A stretch of 64,000 nt of DNA, taken from assembly GCF_003018255.1 (NCBI RefSeq), contig NZ_CP027440.1, one strand, 5' to 3'. Positions 37,346 through 50,130 of the stretch are shown piece by piece. Within the stretch, counting starts at the first letter, position 1. Every line of letters starts with the position of its first letter. Origin of the DNA: Escherichia coli. GTDB taxonomy: Bacteria; Pseudomonadota; Gammaproteobacteria; Enterobacterales; Enterobacteriaceae. The notes beneath the pieces were generated by a model that did no database searches, was not told the origin of the DNA, and saw nothing but the letters and a program-made list of their open reading frames with translations. The position numbers were made by a program, and so were the translations under genes.

Positions 37346-38473
37346 TTACGCCATTGTCCCAATTGTCTTCCTGAATCTCAACAGTGCGATGGTGAAAAAC
37401 GCGCCGCCAATTGCCATCAGTGTCAGGAACTGCGGCCAGACGATTTCGAATCCGGCACCACGGTAGAGAATGGCCTGCGCGAGGCTAACAAAGTGTGTCG
37501 TCGGCATGGTCAGCATAATGTCCTGCACCATCTGCGGCATACTTTCGCGCGGCGTGGAACCACCGGAAAGCATTTGCAGCGGCAGCAGCACCAGAATCAC
37601 CAGCAGCCCCAGTTGCGGCATTGAACGCGCTATCGTCCCCATAAAAATACCGATTGACGTGGTGGCAAACAGACTGAGCGCCACGCCCAGCATAAACAGC
37701 GGGATCGAGCCTTCTATCGGTACGCCCAGCACGCCTTTTACCATCAGCACCAGCGATAATCCCGACACCACCAGCACCACCAGCCCCATCGACCAGACCT
37801 TTGCCATCATGATCTCAAACGGCGTTATCGGCATCACCAGTAAGTGTTCCACCGTGCCGTGTTCACGCTCGCGGATCAGCGCCGATCCGGTCAATACAAT
37901 CGCCAGCATGGTAATGTTGTTGATGATCGCCATCACCCCGCCAAACCACGCGGGATCAAGGTTCGGGTTAAAGCGCATCCGTGTTTCCAGCGATACCAAC
38001 GGTTCGCTGTTATCACGGTAGCGCGCGACAAAGCTGTTCACTTCACCGTTGATAATATTCTGGATATACCCATTGCCGGTAAATGCCTGGCTCATGCGCG
38101 TGGCATCGACGTTCACCTGAATATCCGGCTGGCGTCCGGCGAGGACATCACGCTGAAAATTAGGCGGAATATTTATCGCGAAGGTATAACGTCCGGCGTC
38201 CAGCCCGGCATCCATCTCATCGGCGGTGATCATCTCCGGTGGCAAAAACCACGGGCGATAGAAGCTGTTAACGATCCGGTTCGATAACTGCGATTGATCC
38301 ATATCGGCAATGGCGATCGGCGCGAGGTTCAACGATCCTGGCGTAACGGTCGCTGACGAATACACCGACACCGTAAACGAGAAGACAATCAGCGTCAGCA
38401 TCGCTTTATCACCGAGCAGACTGCGCAACTCTTTGATACCCAGATTAAAAATATTACGTAAATGGCGCATCAT
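37346..38473 (-). CDS. yhhJ: ABC-2 type transporter permease YhhJ
   Basis: Start at MMRHLRNIF; ATG overlaps the rbbA stop (ATGA); multi-TM, 375 aa. Confidence 0.85.
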   Translation of the reverse strand: MMRHLRNIFNLGIKELRSLLGDKAMLTLIVFSFTVSVYSSATVTPGSLNLAPIAIADMDQSQLSNRIVNSFYRPWFLPPEMITADEMDAGLDAGRYTFAINIPPNFQRDVLAGRQPDIQVNVDATRMSQAFTGNGYIQNIINGEVNSFVARYRDNSEPLVSLETRMRFNPNLDPAWFGGVMAIINNITMLAIVLTGSALIREREHGTVEHLLVMPITPFEIMMAKVWSMGLVVLVVSGLSLVLMVKGVLGVPIEGSIPLFMLGVALSLFATTSIGIFMGTIARSMPQLGLLVILVLLPLQMLSGGSTPRESMPQMVQDIMLTMPTTHFVSLAQAILYRGAGFEIVWPQFLTLMAIGGAFFTIALLRFRKTIGTMA

Positions 38474-41205
38474 CCCTCCTGTTTTTTCAGCAGCAGGATG
38501 CTTAAGCCCATCACCAGCGGTATGGCTATCAGCAACGGGATAAAAAGTTGCCACAAATCAGTCAGATCCAGCGCTTTCGAGAACGTTCCGCGGGCGATAG
38601 TCAGAAAATGACTGGTCGGGTAAACCTCGCCGATCCAACGTCCTGGACCTTCCAGCGAAGCTACCGGATCGATCATCCCGGAAAACTGTGTCGCCGGGAT
38701 CAACGTGATAATTGCCGTACCAAAAATGGCGGCAATCTGGCTTTTCATAAAGGTGGAGATCAGCAGCCCCATTCCGGTGGCGATGATGATATACAGCAGC
38801 GCCGCCAGGGTGAGAGTCAGGAAACTGCCTTTATGCGGTACGCCAAATACAAATACCGACAGGGCGCAGAGCAGGAAAAAGTTCAGCATCCCCAGCGCGA
38901 TGTATGGCAGCTGTTTGCCAAGCAAAAATTCGCTACGGGTGGTGGGGGTCACGTAAAGGTTGATAATCGACCCTAGCTCTTTTTCCCGCACCACGCTAAG
39001 GGCGCTTAGCATTGACGGGATCATCATCAGCAGAAGCGGGATCACCGCCGGAACAATCGCCGGCAGGCTTTTTACGTCCGGGTTATAGCGATAGCGCGTC
39101 TCAATATTCATCAGCCCGCTTTGGCTGGCGGGTGTGGACTGTCGGCTCGCCACATCCTGTAGCCAGCTCTGGTGCATGGCCTGCACGTAGCCTTTTACCG
39201 TTTCGGCGCGGCTCGGCATCGCACCGTCGATCCAGACACCGAGTTCCACGGGCGTACCACGCGCGATATCGCGCCCGAAATTAGGAGGGATCTCAATTGC
39301 CACCGTGATATCGCCCGCACGCATCCGACGATCAAGCTCGTCATAACTGGTGAGCGGCGGCTGTTCGATAAAGTAACGGGAACCGGAGAGATTGAGCGTC
39401 CACGCCTGGCTACTGACGGTTTGATCGCGGTCAAGCACCGCAAAGCGCAGGTTTTCCACATCCATACTGATGCCGTAACCCATTATCAGCATCAGGATCA
39501 CCGTTCCCATCAGCGCCAGCGTCGAACGTACCGGATCGCGTCGCAGTTCCAGCGCTTCGCGGCGGCTGTAGCTAAACAGACGGCGCAGGCTAAATCCCTG
39601 ACGCGCCGCGTGGGTGGTGTCGTGTATCACGGGCGGCGCTTCGGCTTCGTTGCTCTGCCCTGCCGCTTCCTGCAAACAGGCGATAAATGCCTCTTCCAGA
39701 CTTGCGGCTCCGCGTTTCTCAACCAGTTCCTGCGGTGTCCCGCTGGCGAGCACTTTTCCGGCGTGCATCAGTGAGATACGGTCGCAACGTTCCGCTTCGT
39801 TCATAAAGTGGGTGGAGATGAAGATAGTCACTTTGTCCTGGCGCGAGAGATCGACCATCAACTGCCAGAACATATCCCTCGCCACCGGATCGACGCCAGA
39901 AGTAGGCTCATCGAGGATTAACATCTCCGGGCGATGAATCACCGCCACCGCCAGCGAAAGCCGCTGGCGAATGCCGAGCGGCAATGACTCCGGCAGAACA
40001 TCTTCAACGTCGTTGAGCTTAAAACGCTCGCTCATTTCAGCCACTCGCGCGGGAATTTCCGCTTCCGGGATGTGAAACAAACGGGCATGTAACTCAAGGT
40101 TTTGCCGCACGGTGAGTTCGTTATAGAGCGAAAACGCCTGCGACATATAGCCTACCCGACGGCGGGTATCGATATCTTTTGGATCAACCGGTTGCCCAAA
40201 CAGCCACGCCTCACCTTCGCTGGCGGGCAGCAGTCCGGTGAGCATTTTCATGGTGGTGGATTTACCGCAGCCGTTCGAACCGAGGAATCCAAAAATCTCC
40301 CCGCGTGGAATGCGGAAATTGACGTGATCAACGGCAACGAAGGAACCAAAACGCATGGTCAGATCGCGCGCTTCGATGGCAATCTCTGCGTTTTCAGGGT
40401 GATACGGTGGGATCACTACCGCCTGATGCGCCTGGCGTTGCGCTTGCGGTAACAGATTTATAAATGCTTCTTCCAGCGTGGCGCTTTGCGTTTGCTGCCG
40501 CAGCTCTTCGGCGCTGCCGGTTGCCAGCACTTCTCCGGCATTCATCGCTACCAGCCAGTCGAAGCGTTCGGCCTCTTCCATGTAGGCGGTGGCGACCAGC
40601 ACGCTCATATTGCTCTGCCGCTGGCGAATGCTGTCGATCAAATCCCAGAACTGGGCGCGGGAGAGCGGGTCAACCCCCGTTGTTGGCTCATCAAGAATCA
40701 ACAGTTCCGGGTCGTGGATTAACGCACAGCACAGCCCAAGTTTTTGCTTCATCCCGCCGGAGAGTTTCCCTGCCGGACGATCACGAAACGGTGCTAACCC
40801 GGTGCTGGTCAGCAGCTCATTGATTCGCACTTCCCGCTCCGCTTTGTCGTGACCGAACAGGCGAGCGAAAAAATCGACGTTTTCATACACCGACAAGGTG
40901 TGGTAGAGGTTTTTGCCCAGCCCCTGCGGCATCCAGGCGATGCGCGGGCAAACGTCGCGGCGATGCTTCGGGTCGCGCATATCGCCGCCCAGCACCATCA
41001 CGCTGCCCTGCTCAATGACGCGGGCACCGGAAATCAACGACAACAAGCTCGATTTACCGACACCATCCGGTCCAATCAGCCCGACCATGCAACGGGCCGG
41101 AATATCGAGTGTGATATTGTTCAGCGCAACGGTTTTTCCATAATGCTGGCTCACGCCCGCCAGTTGCGCGACAGGCGGGACGGGAACCAGTTCCAGATGC
41201 GTCAT
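38470..41205 (-). CDS. rbbA: Ribosome-associated ATPase RbbA (fused tandem ABC ATPase plus permease domain)
   Basis: 911 aa; two Walker A motifs ([18 protein letters not shown]) and a C-terminal membrane domain. Confidence 0.9.
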   Translation of the reverse strand: MTHLELVPVPPVAQLAGVSQHYGKTVALNNITLDIPARCMVGLIGPDGVGKSSLLSLISGARVIEQGSVMVLGGDMRDPKHRRDVCPRIAWMPQGLGKNLYHTLSVYENVDFFARLFGHDKAEREVRINELLTSTGLAPFRDRPAGKLSGGMKQKLGLCCALIHDPELLILDEPTTGVDPLSRAQFWDLIDSIRQRQSNMSVLVATAYMEEAERFDWLVAMNAGEVLATGSAEELRQQTQSATLEEAFINLLPQAQRQAHQAVVIPPYHPENAEIAIEARDLTMRFGSFVAVDHVNFRIPRGEIFGFLGSNGCGKSTTMKMLTGLLPASEGEAWLFGQPVDPKDIDTRRRVGYMSQAFSLYNELTVRQNLELHARLFHIPEAEIPARVAEMSERFKLNDVEDVLPESLPLGIRQRLSLAVAVIHRPEMLILDEPTSGVDPVARDMFWQLMVDLSRQDKVTIFISTHFMNEAERCDRISLMHAGKVLASGTPQELVEKRGAASLEEAFIACLQEAAGQSNEAEAPPVIHDTTHAARQGFSLRRLFSYSRREALELRRDPVRSTLALMGTVILMLIMGYGISMDVENLRFAVLDRDQTVSSQAWTLNLSGSRYFIEQPPLTSYDELDRRMRAGDITVAIEIPPNFGRDIARGTPVELGVWIDGAMPSRAETVKGYVQAMHQSWLQDVASRQSTPASQSGLMNIETRYRYNPDVKSLPAIVPAVIPLLLMMIPSMLSALSVVREKELGSIINLYVTPTTRSEFLLGKQLPYIALGMLNFFLLCALSVFVFGVPHKGSFLTLTLAALLYIIIATGMGLLISTFMKSQIAAIFGTAIITLIPATQFSGMIDPVASLEGPGRWIGEVYPTSHFLTIARGTFSKALDLTDLWQLFIPLLIAIPLVMGLSILLLKKQEG

Positions 41206-42269
41206 TGCGGCAACCTCACCACCAGGTCGTCAGGCCACGGAAGTTCTTCATTCACCCGCACCCACGCTACGCCCGGCAATCCGGTTTTGACATATTCCAG
41301 ATGCTGCTGGAGTAATTCCGGTGGGATACGCGCTTTGACACGGAACATCAATTTCAGCCGCTCATCGCTGGTTTCGACGGTTTTTGGCGTGAACTGGGCG
41401 ACGCTGGCGACAAAACTGATGGTCGCGGGAATACGCAGATCTGGTGCAGCATCAAGAATCAAACGTGCTTCACCGCCCAGTTTCAGCGTGCCCGCCTGTT
41501 CGGTTGGCAGAAAGAAGGTCATATAGACGTCGCTGAGATCGACCATATTCAGCACCCGACCGCCTGCCGCCAGCACTTCGCCTGGCTCGGCAACCCGATA
41601 CTGCACGCGTCCGTCACGCGGGGCTTTCAGTTCGCTGTCATCGATATCTGCGGCAATGCGCCGTTCAGTGGCTTGTGCCGCTTCGACGCGAGTTTGCGCC
41701 TGAATGATATTGGTGCGTGCCGCCTCTATAGCGGCTTTAGAAGCAGAAACCTGAGCTTTTGCCGATTCCAGCGCAGCTCGGGCGCTCTCAGCGGCGGCGC
41801 GGTCGTCATCCAACTGTTGCGCAGAAATTGCCCCCCGTTGTGCCAGTGAGCGGGAACGCGTATGACGTTTTGCTACGGAGTCCAGTTCTGCCTGGCGTTG
41901 ATTAACCAGCGACTGTGCGGCACGAGTTTCGCTTTGGCGTTGCTCCAGCAAAGCCTGCGCGGCGGCAACGGCACTTTGTGCTTCTTTGATTTGCGCGATG
42001 GCTTCCAGTCGCTGTTCCTGCAACACGCGAGTATCCATCTTCGCCAGCACTTCACCTTCTCGAACAAACTGGCCTTCTTTCACCAGAATGGTGTCGATAC
42101 GCCCGGCAATTTTGCTGGCGATATCCACTTCCGTCGCTTCAATGCGCCCATTGCTGACAGCAAAGCCTTCCGGCACACCCGCCGGGCGCAACAGCCACCA
42201 CGCCACGACGGCAGCCACCGCCAGTGCCCCGACAACCCACCACGCCAGATGGCGCTTACTCTTATCCAT
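41202..42269 (-). CDS. yhiI: HlyD-family membrane fusion protein YhiI
   Basis: 355 aa, N-terminal TM segment, coiled-coil region, 4-bp overlap with rbbA. Confidence 0.85.
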   Translation of the reverse strand: MDKSKRHLAWWVVGALAVAAVVAWWLLRPAGVPEGFAVSNGRIEATEVDIASKIAGRIDTILVKEGQFVREGEVLAKMDTRVLQEQRLEAIAQIKEAQSAVAAAQALLEQRQSETRAAQSLVNQRQAELDSVAKRHTRSRSLAQRGAISAQQLDDDRAAAESARAALESAKAQVSASKAAIEAARTNIIQAQTRVEAAQATERRIAADIDDSELKAPRDGRVQYRVAEPGEVLAAGGRVLNMVDLSDVYMTFFLPTEQAGTLKLGGEARLILDAAPDLRIPATISFVASVAQFTPKTVETSDERLKLMFRVKARIPPELLQQHLEYVKTGLPGVAWVRVNEELPWPDDLVVRLPQ

Positions 42270-43002
42270 AATCGATCCGCCATAATCCCTGTAAGCAATC
42301 GACGCGTGTTACAACTGCCACCGAACGATGTTCAGCGGATTCTTCCATCCGGGATAAGAAGGAAATGGCAAATACGACCAGCGCACAGAGCATTGAGCGC
42401 CAATGGGGAAGGCTTAGTGAAAACGGGTAGTAATGTTGTCATCATCAGCATTCCTGGCCGTAAATGAAACACGCATACTCATAAGTGAAATCAATTAAAT
42501 ACTAACAGTTATATTCATGTTGTCTATTTGATTGCCATCAACTTGTGATACATCGCGATGTTCTTCCGTTCGCTGGTGTTTTTTCCAAAAATATTCTGTA
42601 CAGGTTCACAGATTCTGTTGCACAGGTTTCCGTAACAGGGAAACCTGATGACTATCACATAGCGTTATTATCGCCTGATGTGCGAATAAATACCGAATAT
42701 AAAATAATTTATTCTGAAAAGATGATAGATGATAAAGGCTCGTGGGTTTAATAAAATATTCCCTAAAAGACTCATTTAAAACAACAAAATAAGATAAAGA
42801 TATTAATTCAGAGTTTATCTTAGGATAAATATTTATTTAATAGCATTAACTCACAGCTAAAAGTTGATCCCCATAACGCTAAATCCGATTATAGTGAAGT
42901 TACTTTTTTTAATTGATGGCATCTTATAGACATATTTAACTAACTGAAAAGACGAATCATATGTTTTTCGAAGTGTAGCAGAAAATATATATGGGGTTTA
43001 AA

Positions 43003-44055
43003 ATGAATATATATATCGGATGGTTGTTTAAATTAATTCCTTTACTGATGGGTATAATATGCATCGCATTAGGTGAGTTTGTATTAACCGGTTCTGGGCA
43101 AAGTGAATATTTCGTTGCAGGGCATGTTCTGATTTCTCTTTCTGCGATATGTCTGGCATTGTTCACTACCGCATTTATTATTATATCTCAGTTAACTCAC
43201 GGCATGAATAAATTCTACAACAGGTTATTTCCCGTTATTGGTTATGCCGGTTCTGCTACAACTATGATTTGGGGATGGTCACTGTTGGCAAGCAATAATG
43301 TGATGGCAGATGAATTTGTCGCCGGTCATGTTATTTTCGGCGTTGGCATGATTGCCGCTTGTGTATCAACCGTAGCGGCATCTTCCGGACATTTTCTGTT
43401 GATCCCCAAAAACGCCTCGGGCAGTAAGAGTGACGGTACGCCATTGCAGGCCTATTCTTCAACAATCGGTAATTGCTTAATTGCCGTTCCCGTTCTGCTT
43501 ACTCTCTTTGGTTTCATTTGGTCAGTCATACTGTTACGTAGTGCAGATATCACACCACATTATGTTGCAGGTCACGTACTAATGGGGTTAACGGCAATTT
43601 GCGCTTGTCTTATTGGCCTTGTCGCCACTATTGTCCATCAAACGCGGAATACGTTCTCAGTGAAAGAACATTGGCTGTGGTGCTATTGGGTTATTTTGCT
43701 TGGCTCACTTACCATTATTTTTGGTATCTACGTATTAATCAGTTCAGATGCAAGCGCCCGCCTGGCCCCCGGCATTATTCTCATTTGCCTGGGGATGATC
43801 TGCTACAGTATTTTCTCCAAAGTGTGGTTGTTAGCGCTGGTATGGCGACGCACCTGTTCGTTAGCCAACAGAATACCCATGATTCCGGTATTTACCTGTC
43901 TGTTTTGTCTGTTCCTTGCTGCGTTCCTGGCTGAAATTGCGCAAACCGATATGGCTTACTTTATTCCTTCGCGAGTTCTGGTTGGCTTAGGTGCAGTTTG
44001 TTTTACACTGTTTTCCATCGTTTCTATATTAGAAGCGGGTTCAGCGAAAAAATAA
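43003..44055 (+). CDS. yhiM: Inner membrane protein YhiM
   Basis: Start at MNIYIGWLFKLIPLLMG, about 350 aa, multi-TM (an alternative start is at 42991). Confidence 0.75.
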   Translation: MNIYIGWLFKLIPLLMGIICIALGEFVLTGSGQSEYFVAGHVLISLSAICLALFTTAFIIISQLTHGMNKFYNRLFPVIGYAGSATTMIWGWSLLASNNVMADEFVAGHVIFGVGMIAACVSTVAASSGHFLLIPKNASGSKSDGTPLQAYSSTIGNCLIAVPVLLTLFGFIWSVILLRSADITPHYVAGHVLMGLTAICACLIGLVATIVHQTRNTFSVKEHWLWCYWVILLGSLTIIFGIYVLISSDASARLAPGIILICLGMICYSIFSKVWLLALVWRRTCSLANRIPMIPVFTCLFCLFLAAFLAEIAQTDMAYFIPSRVLVGLGAVCFTLFSIVSILEAGSAKK

Positions 44056-44065
44056 TAAAAAAGGC

Positions 44066-44097
44066 TTCAGATAAGGCGTTGGACGCCTTATCTGGTT
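44066..44097. terminator. Palindromic hairpin between convergent yhiM and yhiN (REP-like, bidirectional terminator)
   Basis: cagataaggcgttggacgccttatctgg perfect inverted repeat. Confidence 0.5.
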
Positions 44098-44141
44098 TTA
44101 TTCAGGTTAATCCCTCTGGTATCGAGAGCACATTTTGCTTC

Positions 44142-45335
44142 TTATTCTGCCACCAAATCCTGCGCACAAGCCCATGCACTCGACCACGCCCACTGGAAGT
44201 TATAGCCCCCCAGCCAGCCGGTGACGTCCATCACTTCGCCGATGAAGTACAGCCCAGGCACTTTGCGCGCTTCCATCGTCCGTGAAGAGAGTTCGTTGGT
44301 GTCCACGCCGCCGAGCGTCACTTCGGCAGTGCGATAGCCTTCAGTGCCGTTGGGTTGTACGCGCCAGTCGGTCAATGTGCTAATCAGTGCCTGTTGGTCA
44401 CGCACGTTGAGCTGTTTTAGCGAAACATCCGGGATTTGCCCGAGTTGTTGTAAACGTTCAACCAACCGCTTCGGTAGATGAACCGCCAGTGTGTTTTTCA
44501 GGCTCTGATTCGGATGTGCATTACGCTGCTCATTCAGGAAGGTTTCGAGGTCCACATCCGGTAGCAGATTGATACTGACAAATTCACCCGGTTGCCAGTA
44601 GCTGGAAATTTGCAACACCGCCGGTCCAGATAAGCCGCGGTGGGTGAAGAGTAAGTTCTCACGGAAAACGATGCCGTTTTCAGCGGTAATCACGGAAGGC
44701 ACCGCCACGCCCGCCAGCACCTGTAACTCTTCGAGCAACGGTTTATGCAGAGTGAATGGCACCAGGCCCGCGCGGGTCGGCAGCACGTTGAGGCCAAATT
44801 GTTCGGCAATCTTATAACCAAACGGCGACGCGCCCAGCCCTGGCATTGACAGTCCACCGGTCGCGATGACCAGCTTTTCGCAACCGGCAGTCATGCCGTT
44901 CAGTTCAAGCGTGAAGCCTGTTTCATCCTTCGCCACACTCAGCACTTCGCTACGCAATCTGAAGGTCACATTGCCCTTCTCGCACTCATCCACCAGCATG
45001 TCGACAATCTGCTGCGCGGAGTCATCGCAGAAGAGTTGCCCTAACGTTTTCTCGTGCCAGGTGATGCCGTGTTTATTGACCAGATCAATGAAATCCCACT
45101 GGGTAAAACGCGCGAGTGCAGACTTACAAAAATGCGGATTCTGGCTCAGATAAGCGCCCGGTTCGACATAAAGGTTGGTAAAGTTGCAGCGCCCACCGCC
45201 AGACATGAGGATTTTGCGCCCTGGTTTTTTACCATTATCGATCAGCAGAACCCGGCGTCCTGCCTGACCTGCCAGCGCAGAACAGAACATACCCGCCGCA
45301 CCAGCGCCTATAATAATGGCATCAAACCTTTCCAC
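44142..45335 (-). CDS. yhiN: FAD-dependent flavoprotein YhiN
   Basis: 397 aa; N-terminal GAGAAG dinucleotide-binding motif. Confidence 0.85.
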   Translation of the reverse strand: MERFDAIIIGAGAAGMFCSALAGQAGRRVLLIDNGKKPGRKILMSGGGRCNFTNLYVEPGAYLSQNPHFCKSALARFTQWDFIDLVNKHGITWHEKTLGQLFCDDSAQQIVDMLVDECEKGNVTFRLRSEVLSVAKDETGFTLELNGMTAGCEKLVIATGGLSMPGLGASPFGYKIAEQFGLNVLPTRAGLVPFTLHKPLLEELQVLAGVAVPSVITAENGIVFRENLLFTHRGLSGPAVLQISSYWQPGEFVSINLLPDVDLETFLNEQRNAHPNQSLKNTLAVHLPKRLVERLQQLGQIPDVSLKQLNVRDQQALISTLTDWRVQPNGTEGYRTAEVTLGGVDTNELSSRTMEARKVPGLYFIGEVMDVTGWLGGYNFQWAWSSAWACAQDLVAE

Positions 45336-45566
45336 GTTGCGCTCCTCTAAGAAAAAACGGGCGTGAATTGTAAAGATTCCTCAGTGGTCGCACCAGCATC
45401 AATATTACTAAAAGGAAGTATTTACCTGAATTATATAAGATAATTATTTTTTGAGTGAAATCCATACAGGAGGCAAATCAAAAAAAGTCTATATTTCACT
45501 TTGCCCGCGCCGCGAAAGTCACTGATAATGCGCCGCGTTCATGTCCTCAAAATGGCGTAACGTCCT

Positions 45567-47066
45567 ATGCTACATTTGTTTGCTGGCCTGGATTTGCATA
45601 CCGGGCTGTTATTATTGCTTGCACTGGCTTTTGTGCTGTTCTACGAAGCCATCAATGGTTTCCATGACACAGCCAACGCCGTGGCAACCGTTATCTATAC
45701 CCGCGCGATGCGTTCTCAGCTCGCCGTGGTTATGGCGGCGGTGTTCAACTTTTTGGGTGTTTTGCTGGGTGGTCTGAGTGTTGCCTATGCCATTGTGCAT
45801 ATGCTGCCGACGGATCTGCTGCTTAATATGGGATCGTCTCATGGCCTTGCCATGGTGTTCTCTATGTTGCTGGCGGCGATTATCTGGAACCTGGGTACCT
45901 GGTACTTTGGTTTACCTGCATCCAGCTCTCATACGCTGATTGGCGCGATCATCGGGATTGGTTTAACCAATGCGTTGATGACCGGGACGTCAGTGGTGGA
46001 TGCACTCAATATCCCGAAAGTATTAAGTATTTTCGGTTCTCTGATCGTTTCCCCTATTGTCGGCCTGGTGTTTGCTGGCGGTCTGATTTTCTTGCTGCGT
46101 CGCTACTGGAGCGGCACCAAGAAACGCGCCCGTATCCACCTGACCCCAGCGGAGCGTGAAAAGAAAGACGGCAAGAAAAAGCCGCCGTTCTGGACGCGTA
46201 TTGCGCTGATCCTTTCCGCTATCGGCGTGGCGTTTTCGCATGGCGCGAACGATGGTCAGAAAGGCATTGGTCTGGTTATGTTGGTATTGATTGGTGTCGC
46301 ACCAGCAGGCTTCGTGGTGAACATGAATGCCACTGGCTACGAAATCACCCGTACCCGTGATGCCATCAACAACGTCGAAGCTTACTTTGAGCAGCATCCT
46401 GCGCTGCTGAAACAAGCGACCGGTGCTGATCAGTTAGTACCGGCTCCGGAAGCTGGCGCAACGCAACCTGCGGAGTTCCATTGCCATCCGTCGAATACCA
46501 TTAACGCGCTCAACCGCCTGAAAGGCATGTTGACTACCGATGTGGAAAGCTACGATAAGCTGTCGCTTGATCAACGTAGCCAGATGCGCCGCATTATGCT
46601 GTGCGTTTCTGACACTATCGACAAAGTGGTGAAGATGCCTGGCGTGAGTGCTGACGATCAGCGCCTGTTGAAGAAACTGAAGTCTGACATGCTTAGCACC
46701 ATCGAGTATGCACCGGTGTGGATCATCATGGCGGTCGCGCTGGCGTTAGGTATCGGTACGATGATTGGCTGGCGTCGTGTGGCAACGACTATCGGTGAGA
46801 AAATCGGTAAGAAAGGCATGACCTACGCTCAGGGAATGTCTGCCCAGATGACGGCGGCAGTGTCTATCGGCCTGGCAAGTTATACCGGGATGCCGGTTTC
46901 CACTACTCACGTACTCTCCTCTTCTGTCGCGGGGACGATGGTGGTAGATGGCGGCGGCTTACAGCGTAAAACCGTAACCAGTATTCTGATGGCCTGGGTG
47001 TTTACCCTTCCGGCTGCGGTACTGCTTTCCGGCGGGCTGTACTGGCTCTCCTTGCAGTTCCTGTAA
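45567..47066 (+). CDS. pitA: Low-affinity inorganic phosphate transporter PitA
   Basis: 499 aa, multi-[10 protein letters not shown] motif. Confidence 0.93.
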
Positions 47067-47081
47067 TTGTACGCACCAAAA

Positions 47082-47114
47082 CGAGCGGGTCAGTTTACTG
47101 GCCCGCTTTTTTTA
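47082..47114 (+). terminator. Rho-independent terminator after pitA
   Basis: agcgggtcagtttactggcccgct hairpin followed by a T7 run. Confidence 0.75.
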
Positions 47115-47136
47115 TGCGTCATTATTGCTGAAGTGC

Positions 47137-47472
47137 TTAATGCCAAATCATCAATGCAATCAGGCTGACCACCACCAGACCACACAATGCGCTGGTCAGA
47201 ATAAACTGCCGACGCACCCGCTCACAGCGGCGAATAAACTCATCATCGTGATGATCGCGATAACGTTGGGCATAGATATACCAAACGAGACGCACCTGTT
47301 TGTTGGGTTGGCCATGTGAGGTAAAAAAGCCCCCTCCATCAACATATTGATAGAGCAATGGATCGCAGTTACGCAGTACCACTAACAACGCGCGTAGTGA
47401 TGAGAAATAGCGCGCCATGTTAACAATGCAAACGACACATAAAGCCCAAAATAATGCGACGGTGCTTATCAT
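47137..47472 (-). CDS. uspB: Universal stress protein B
   Basis: 111 aa, two TM helices. Confidence 0.9.
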
Positions 47473-47862
47473 ACCTCCTCCCCGGCGACCTGCCCGCGGA
47501 GTTCCACCCCGGGGCTACCGCTCCCGATACGCTGCCAATCAGTTAACACCAGGTCCTGGAGAAACCGCTTTTGTGGTGACCAACATCCGAGCGGCTCTAT
47601 AGATAGTGTAGGAGATCAGGTTGTTTTTTTTCCAGAAGGTTAACCACTATCAATATATTCATGTCGAAAATTTGTTTATCTAACGAGTAAGCAAGGCGGA
47701 TTGACGGATCATCCGGGTCGCTATAAGGTAAGGATGGTCTTAACACTGAATCTTTACGGCTGGGTTAGCCCCGCGCACGTAGTTCGCAGGACGCGGGTGA
47801 CGTAACGGCACAAGAAACGCTAGCTGGCCAGTCATCGACAACTTTATGGAAGGAGTAACACT

Positions 47863-48297
47863 ATGGCTTATAAACACATTCTCATCGCGGTCGACCTCTC
47901 CCCGGAAAGCAAAGTTCTGGTAGAGAAAGCAGTCTCTATGGCTCGCCCCTATAATGCGAAAGTTTCTCTGATCCACGTAGATGTAAACTACTCTGACCTA
48001 TACACCGGGCTTATTGATGTGAATCTGGGTGATATGCAGAAACGCATCTCTGAAGAGACACATCATGCGCTGACCGAGCTTTCCACTAATGCAGGCTACC
48101 CAATCACTGAAACCCTGAGCGGCAGCGGCGACCTGGGCCAGGTTCTGGTCGATGCAATCAAGAAATACGATATGGATTTGGTGGTTTGTGGTCACCACCA
48201 GGACTTCTGGAGCAAACTGATGTCTTCCGCACGTCAGCTGATCAACACCGTTCACGTTGATATGCTGATTGTTCCGCTGCGCGACGAAGAAGAATAA
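47863..48297 (+). CDS. uspA: Universal stress protein A
   Basis: 144 aa, [39 protein letters not shown]. Confidence 0.95.
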
Positions 48298-48321
48298 TCT
48301 TCCCTCTACGACGTGTTCCTG

Positions 48322-48352
48322 AACGCCCGCATATGCGGGCGTTTTGCTTTTT
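48322..48352 (+). terminator. Rho-independent terminator after uspA
   Basis: cgcccgcatatgcgggcg hairpin followed by ttttgcttttt. Confidence 0.8.
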
Positions 48353-48612
48353 GGCGCGCCTTGTTACCTTGCAGCGTAAACACCTTATCTGGCCTACGGT
48401 CTGCGTACGCAATCAAAATCCCCTGCCAATACAACATTTAACACCATCATATTTTCCATCATTAGTGTGATCAGCTGGTTATTTTCTGTTGTAATAGTGT
48501 ATCAATCTATTCACCGCATCAATATTAAGAATCTCTGACAGATGTAAACTTTTTCGCGCGTTATCCCTTACGCGTTCATACTTTTCAGGATGGTATTGGA
48601 AGGTTAATAAAT

Positions 48613-50082
48613 ATGAATACAACAACACCCATGGGGATGCTGCAGCAACCTCGCCCATTTTTCATGATCTTTTTTGTCGAGTTATGGGAGCGATTCGGCT
48701 ACTACGGCGTGCAGGGCGTACTGGCGGTTTTCTTCGTTAAGCAGCTTGGATTCTCGCAAGAACAGGCTTTTGTCACTTTTGGTGCTTTTGCTGCGCTGGT
48801 CTATGGCCTCATTTCCATTGGCGGCTATGTCGGCGACCACCTGCTGGGGACCAAACGCACCATTGTTCTCGGAGCACTTGTGCTGGCGATTGGCTACTTC
48901 ATGACCGGCCTGTCGCTACTTAAGCCTGACCTGATTTTCATCGCCCTGGGGACTATCGCTGTCGGTAACGGCCTGTTTAAAGCTAACCCAGCCAGCTTGC
49001 TTTCGAAGTGCTATCCGCCGAAAGATCCGCGGCTTGATGGCGCATTTACCCTGTTCTATATGTCGATCAACATCGGCTCGTTGATAGCGTTATCGCTGGC
49101 CCCTGTGATCGCTGATAGATTCGGCTATTCAGTCACCTACAACCTGTGCGGTGCGGGATTAATTATCGCGCTATTGGTTTACATCGCCTGTCGCGGAATG
49201 GTGAAAGACATTGGTTCTGAACCCGACTTCCGGCCGATGAGCTTCAGCAAACTGTTGTACGTGTTACTTGGCAGCGTGGTGATGATCTTCGTCTGTGCAT
49301 GGCTGATGCACAACGTAGAAGTCGCCAATCTGGTGCTGATTGTTCTCTCCATCGTCGTCACCATCATTTTCTTTCGTCAGGCATTCAAGCTGGATAAAAC
49401 CGGGCGCAATAAAATGTTTGTCGCCTTTGTCCTGATGCTCGAAGCGGTGGTGTTTTACATTCTCTACGCCCAGATGCCAACGTCGCTGAACTTCTTTGCT
49501 ATCAACAACGTGCATCATGAAATTCTCGGTTTTTCCATCAACCCAGTCAGCTTCCAGGCGCTTAACCCGTTCTGGGTGGTACTCGCCAGCCCAATACTGG
49601 CAGGCATTTACACGCATCTGGGTAACAAAGGCAAAGACCTCTCGATGCCGATGAAATTTACTCTCGGCATGTTTATGTGCTCGCTGGGCTTTCTTACAGC
49701 CGCCGCTGCGGGAATGTGGTTTGCGGATGCACAAGGACTGACATCGCCGTGGTTTATCGTGCTGGTTTACTTGTTCCAGAGCCTGGGTGAATTGTTTATT
49801 AGCGCCCTGGGTCTGGCGATGATTGCTGCCCTGGTGCCGCAGCATTTGATGGGCTTTATTCTCGGGATGTGGTTCCTGACGCAGGCTGCCGCGTTCTTGC
49901 TGGGCGGCTATGTGGCAACATTTACCGCAGTACCAGACAACATTACCGATCCGCTTGAGACGTTGCCCGTCTATACCAACGTGTTTGGTAAGATTGGCCT
50001 GGTTACGCTGGGCGTTGCGGTGGTGATGCTGCTGATGGTGCCGTGGCTGAAACGCATGATTGCGACGCCCGAAAGCCATTAA
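48613..50082 (+). CDS. dtpB: Proton-dependent di/tripeptide transporter DtpB (POT family)
   Basis: 489 aa, multi-TM, ERFGYYG POT motif. Confidence 0.9.
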   Translation: MNTTTPMGMLQQPRPFFMIFFVELWERFGYYGVQGVLAVFFVKQLGFSQEQAFVTFGAFAALVYGLISIGGYVGDHLLGTKRTIVLGALVLAIGYFMTGLSLLKPDLIFIALGTIAVGNGLFKANPASLLSKCYPPKDPRLDGAFTLFYMSINIGSLIALSLAPVIADRFGYSVTYNLCGAGLIIALLVYIACRGMVKDIGSEPDFRPMSFSKLLYVLLGSVVMIFVCAWLMHNVEVANLVLIVLSIVVTIIFFRQAFKLDKTGRNKMFVAFVLMLEAVVFYILYAQMPTSLNFFAINNVHHEILGFSINPVSFQALNPFWVVLASPILAGIYTHLGNKGKDLSMPMKFTLGMFMCSLGFLTAAAAGMWFADAQGLTSPWFIVLVYLFQSLGELFISALGLAMIAALVPQHLMGFILGMWFLTQAAAFLLGGYVATFTAVPDNITDPLETLPVYTNVFGKIGLVTLGVAVVMLLMVPWLKRMIATPESH

Positions 50083-50092
50083 TTATTCTTGC

Positions 50093-50121
50093 AGAAAGCA
50101 GGGTAGCGATAACGCTACCCT
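50093..50121. terminator. Hairpin between convergent dtpB and rsmJ (bidirectional terminator)
   Basis: aagcagggtagcgataacgctaccctgcttt inverted repeat. Confidence 0.6.
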
Positions 50122-50130
50122 GCTTTACTT

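Noticed and set aside
42545-42751. 68-codon ORF in the yhiI-yhiM spacer
   Set aside because: No Shine-Dalgarno, AT-rich, no recognisable domain; kept only as a possible gene remnant within a finding.
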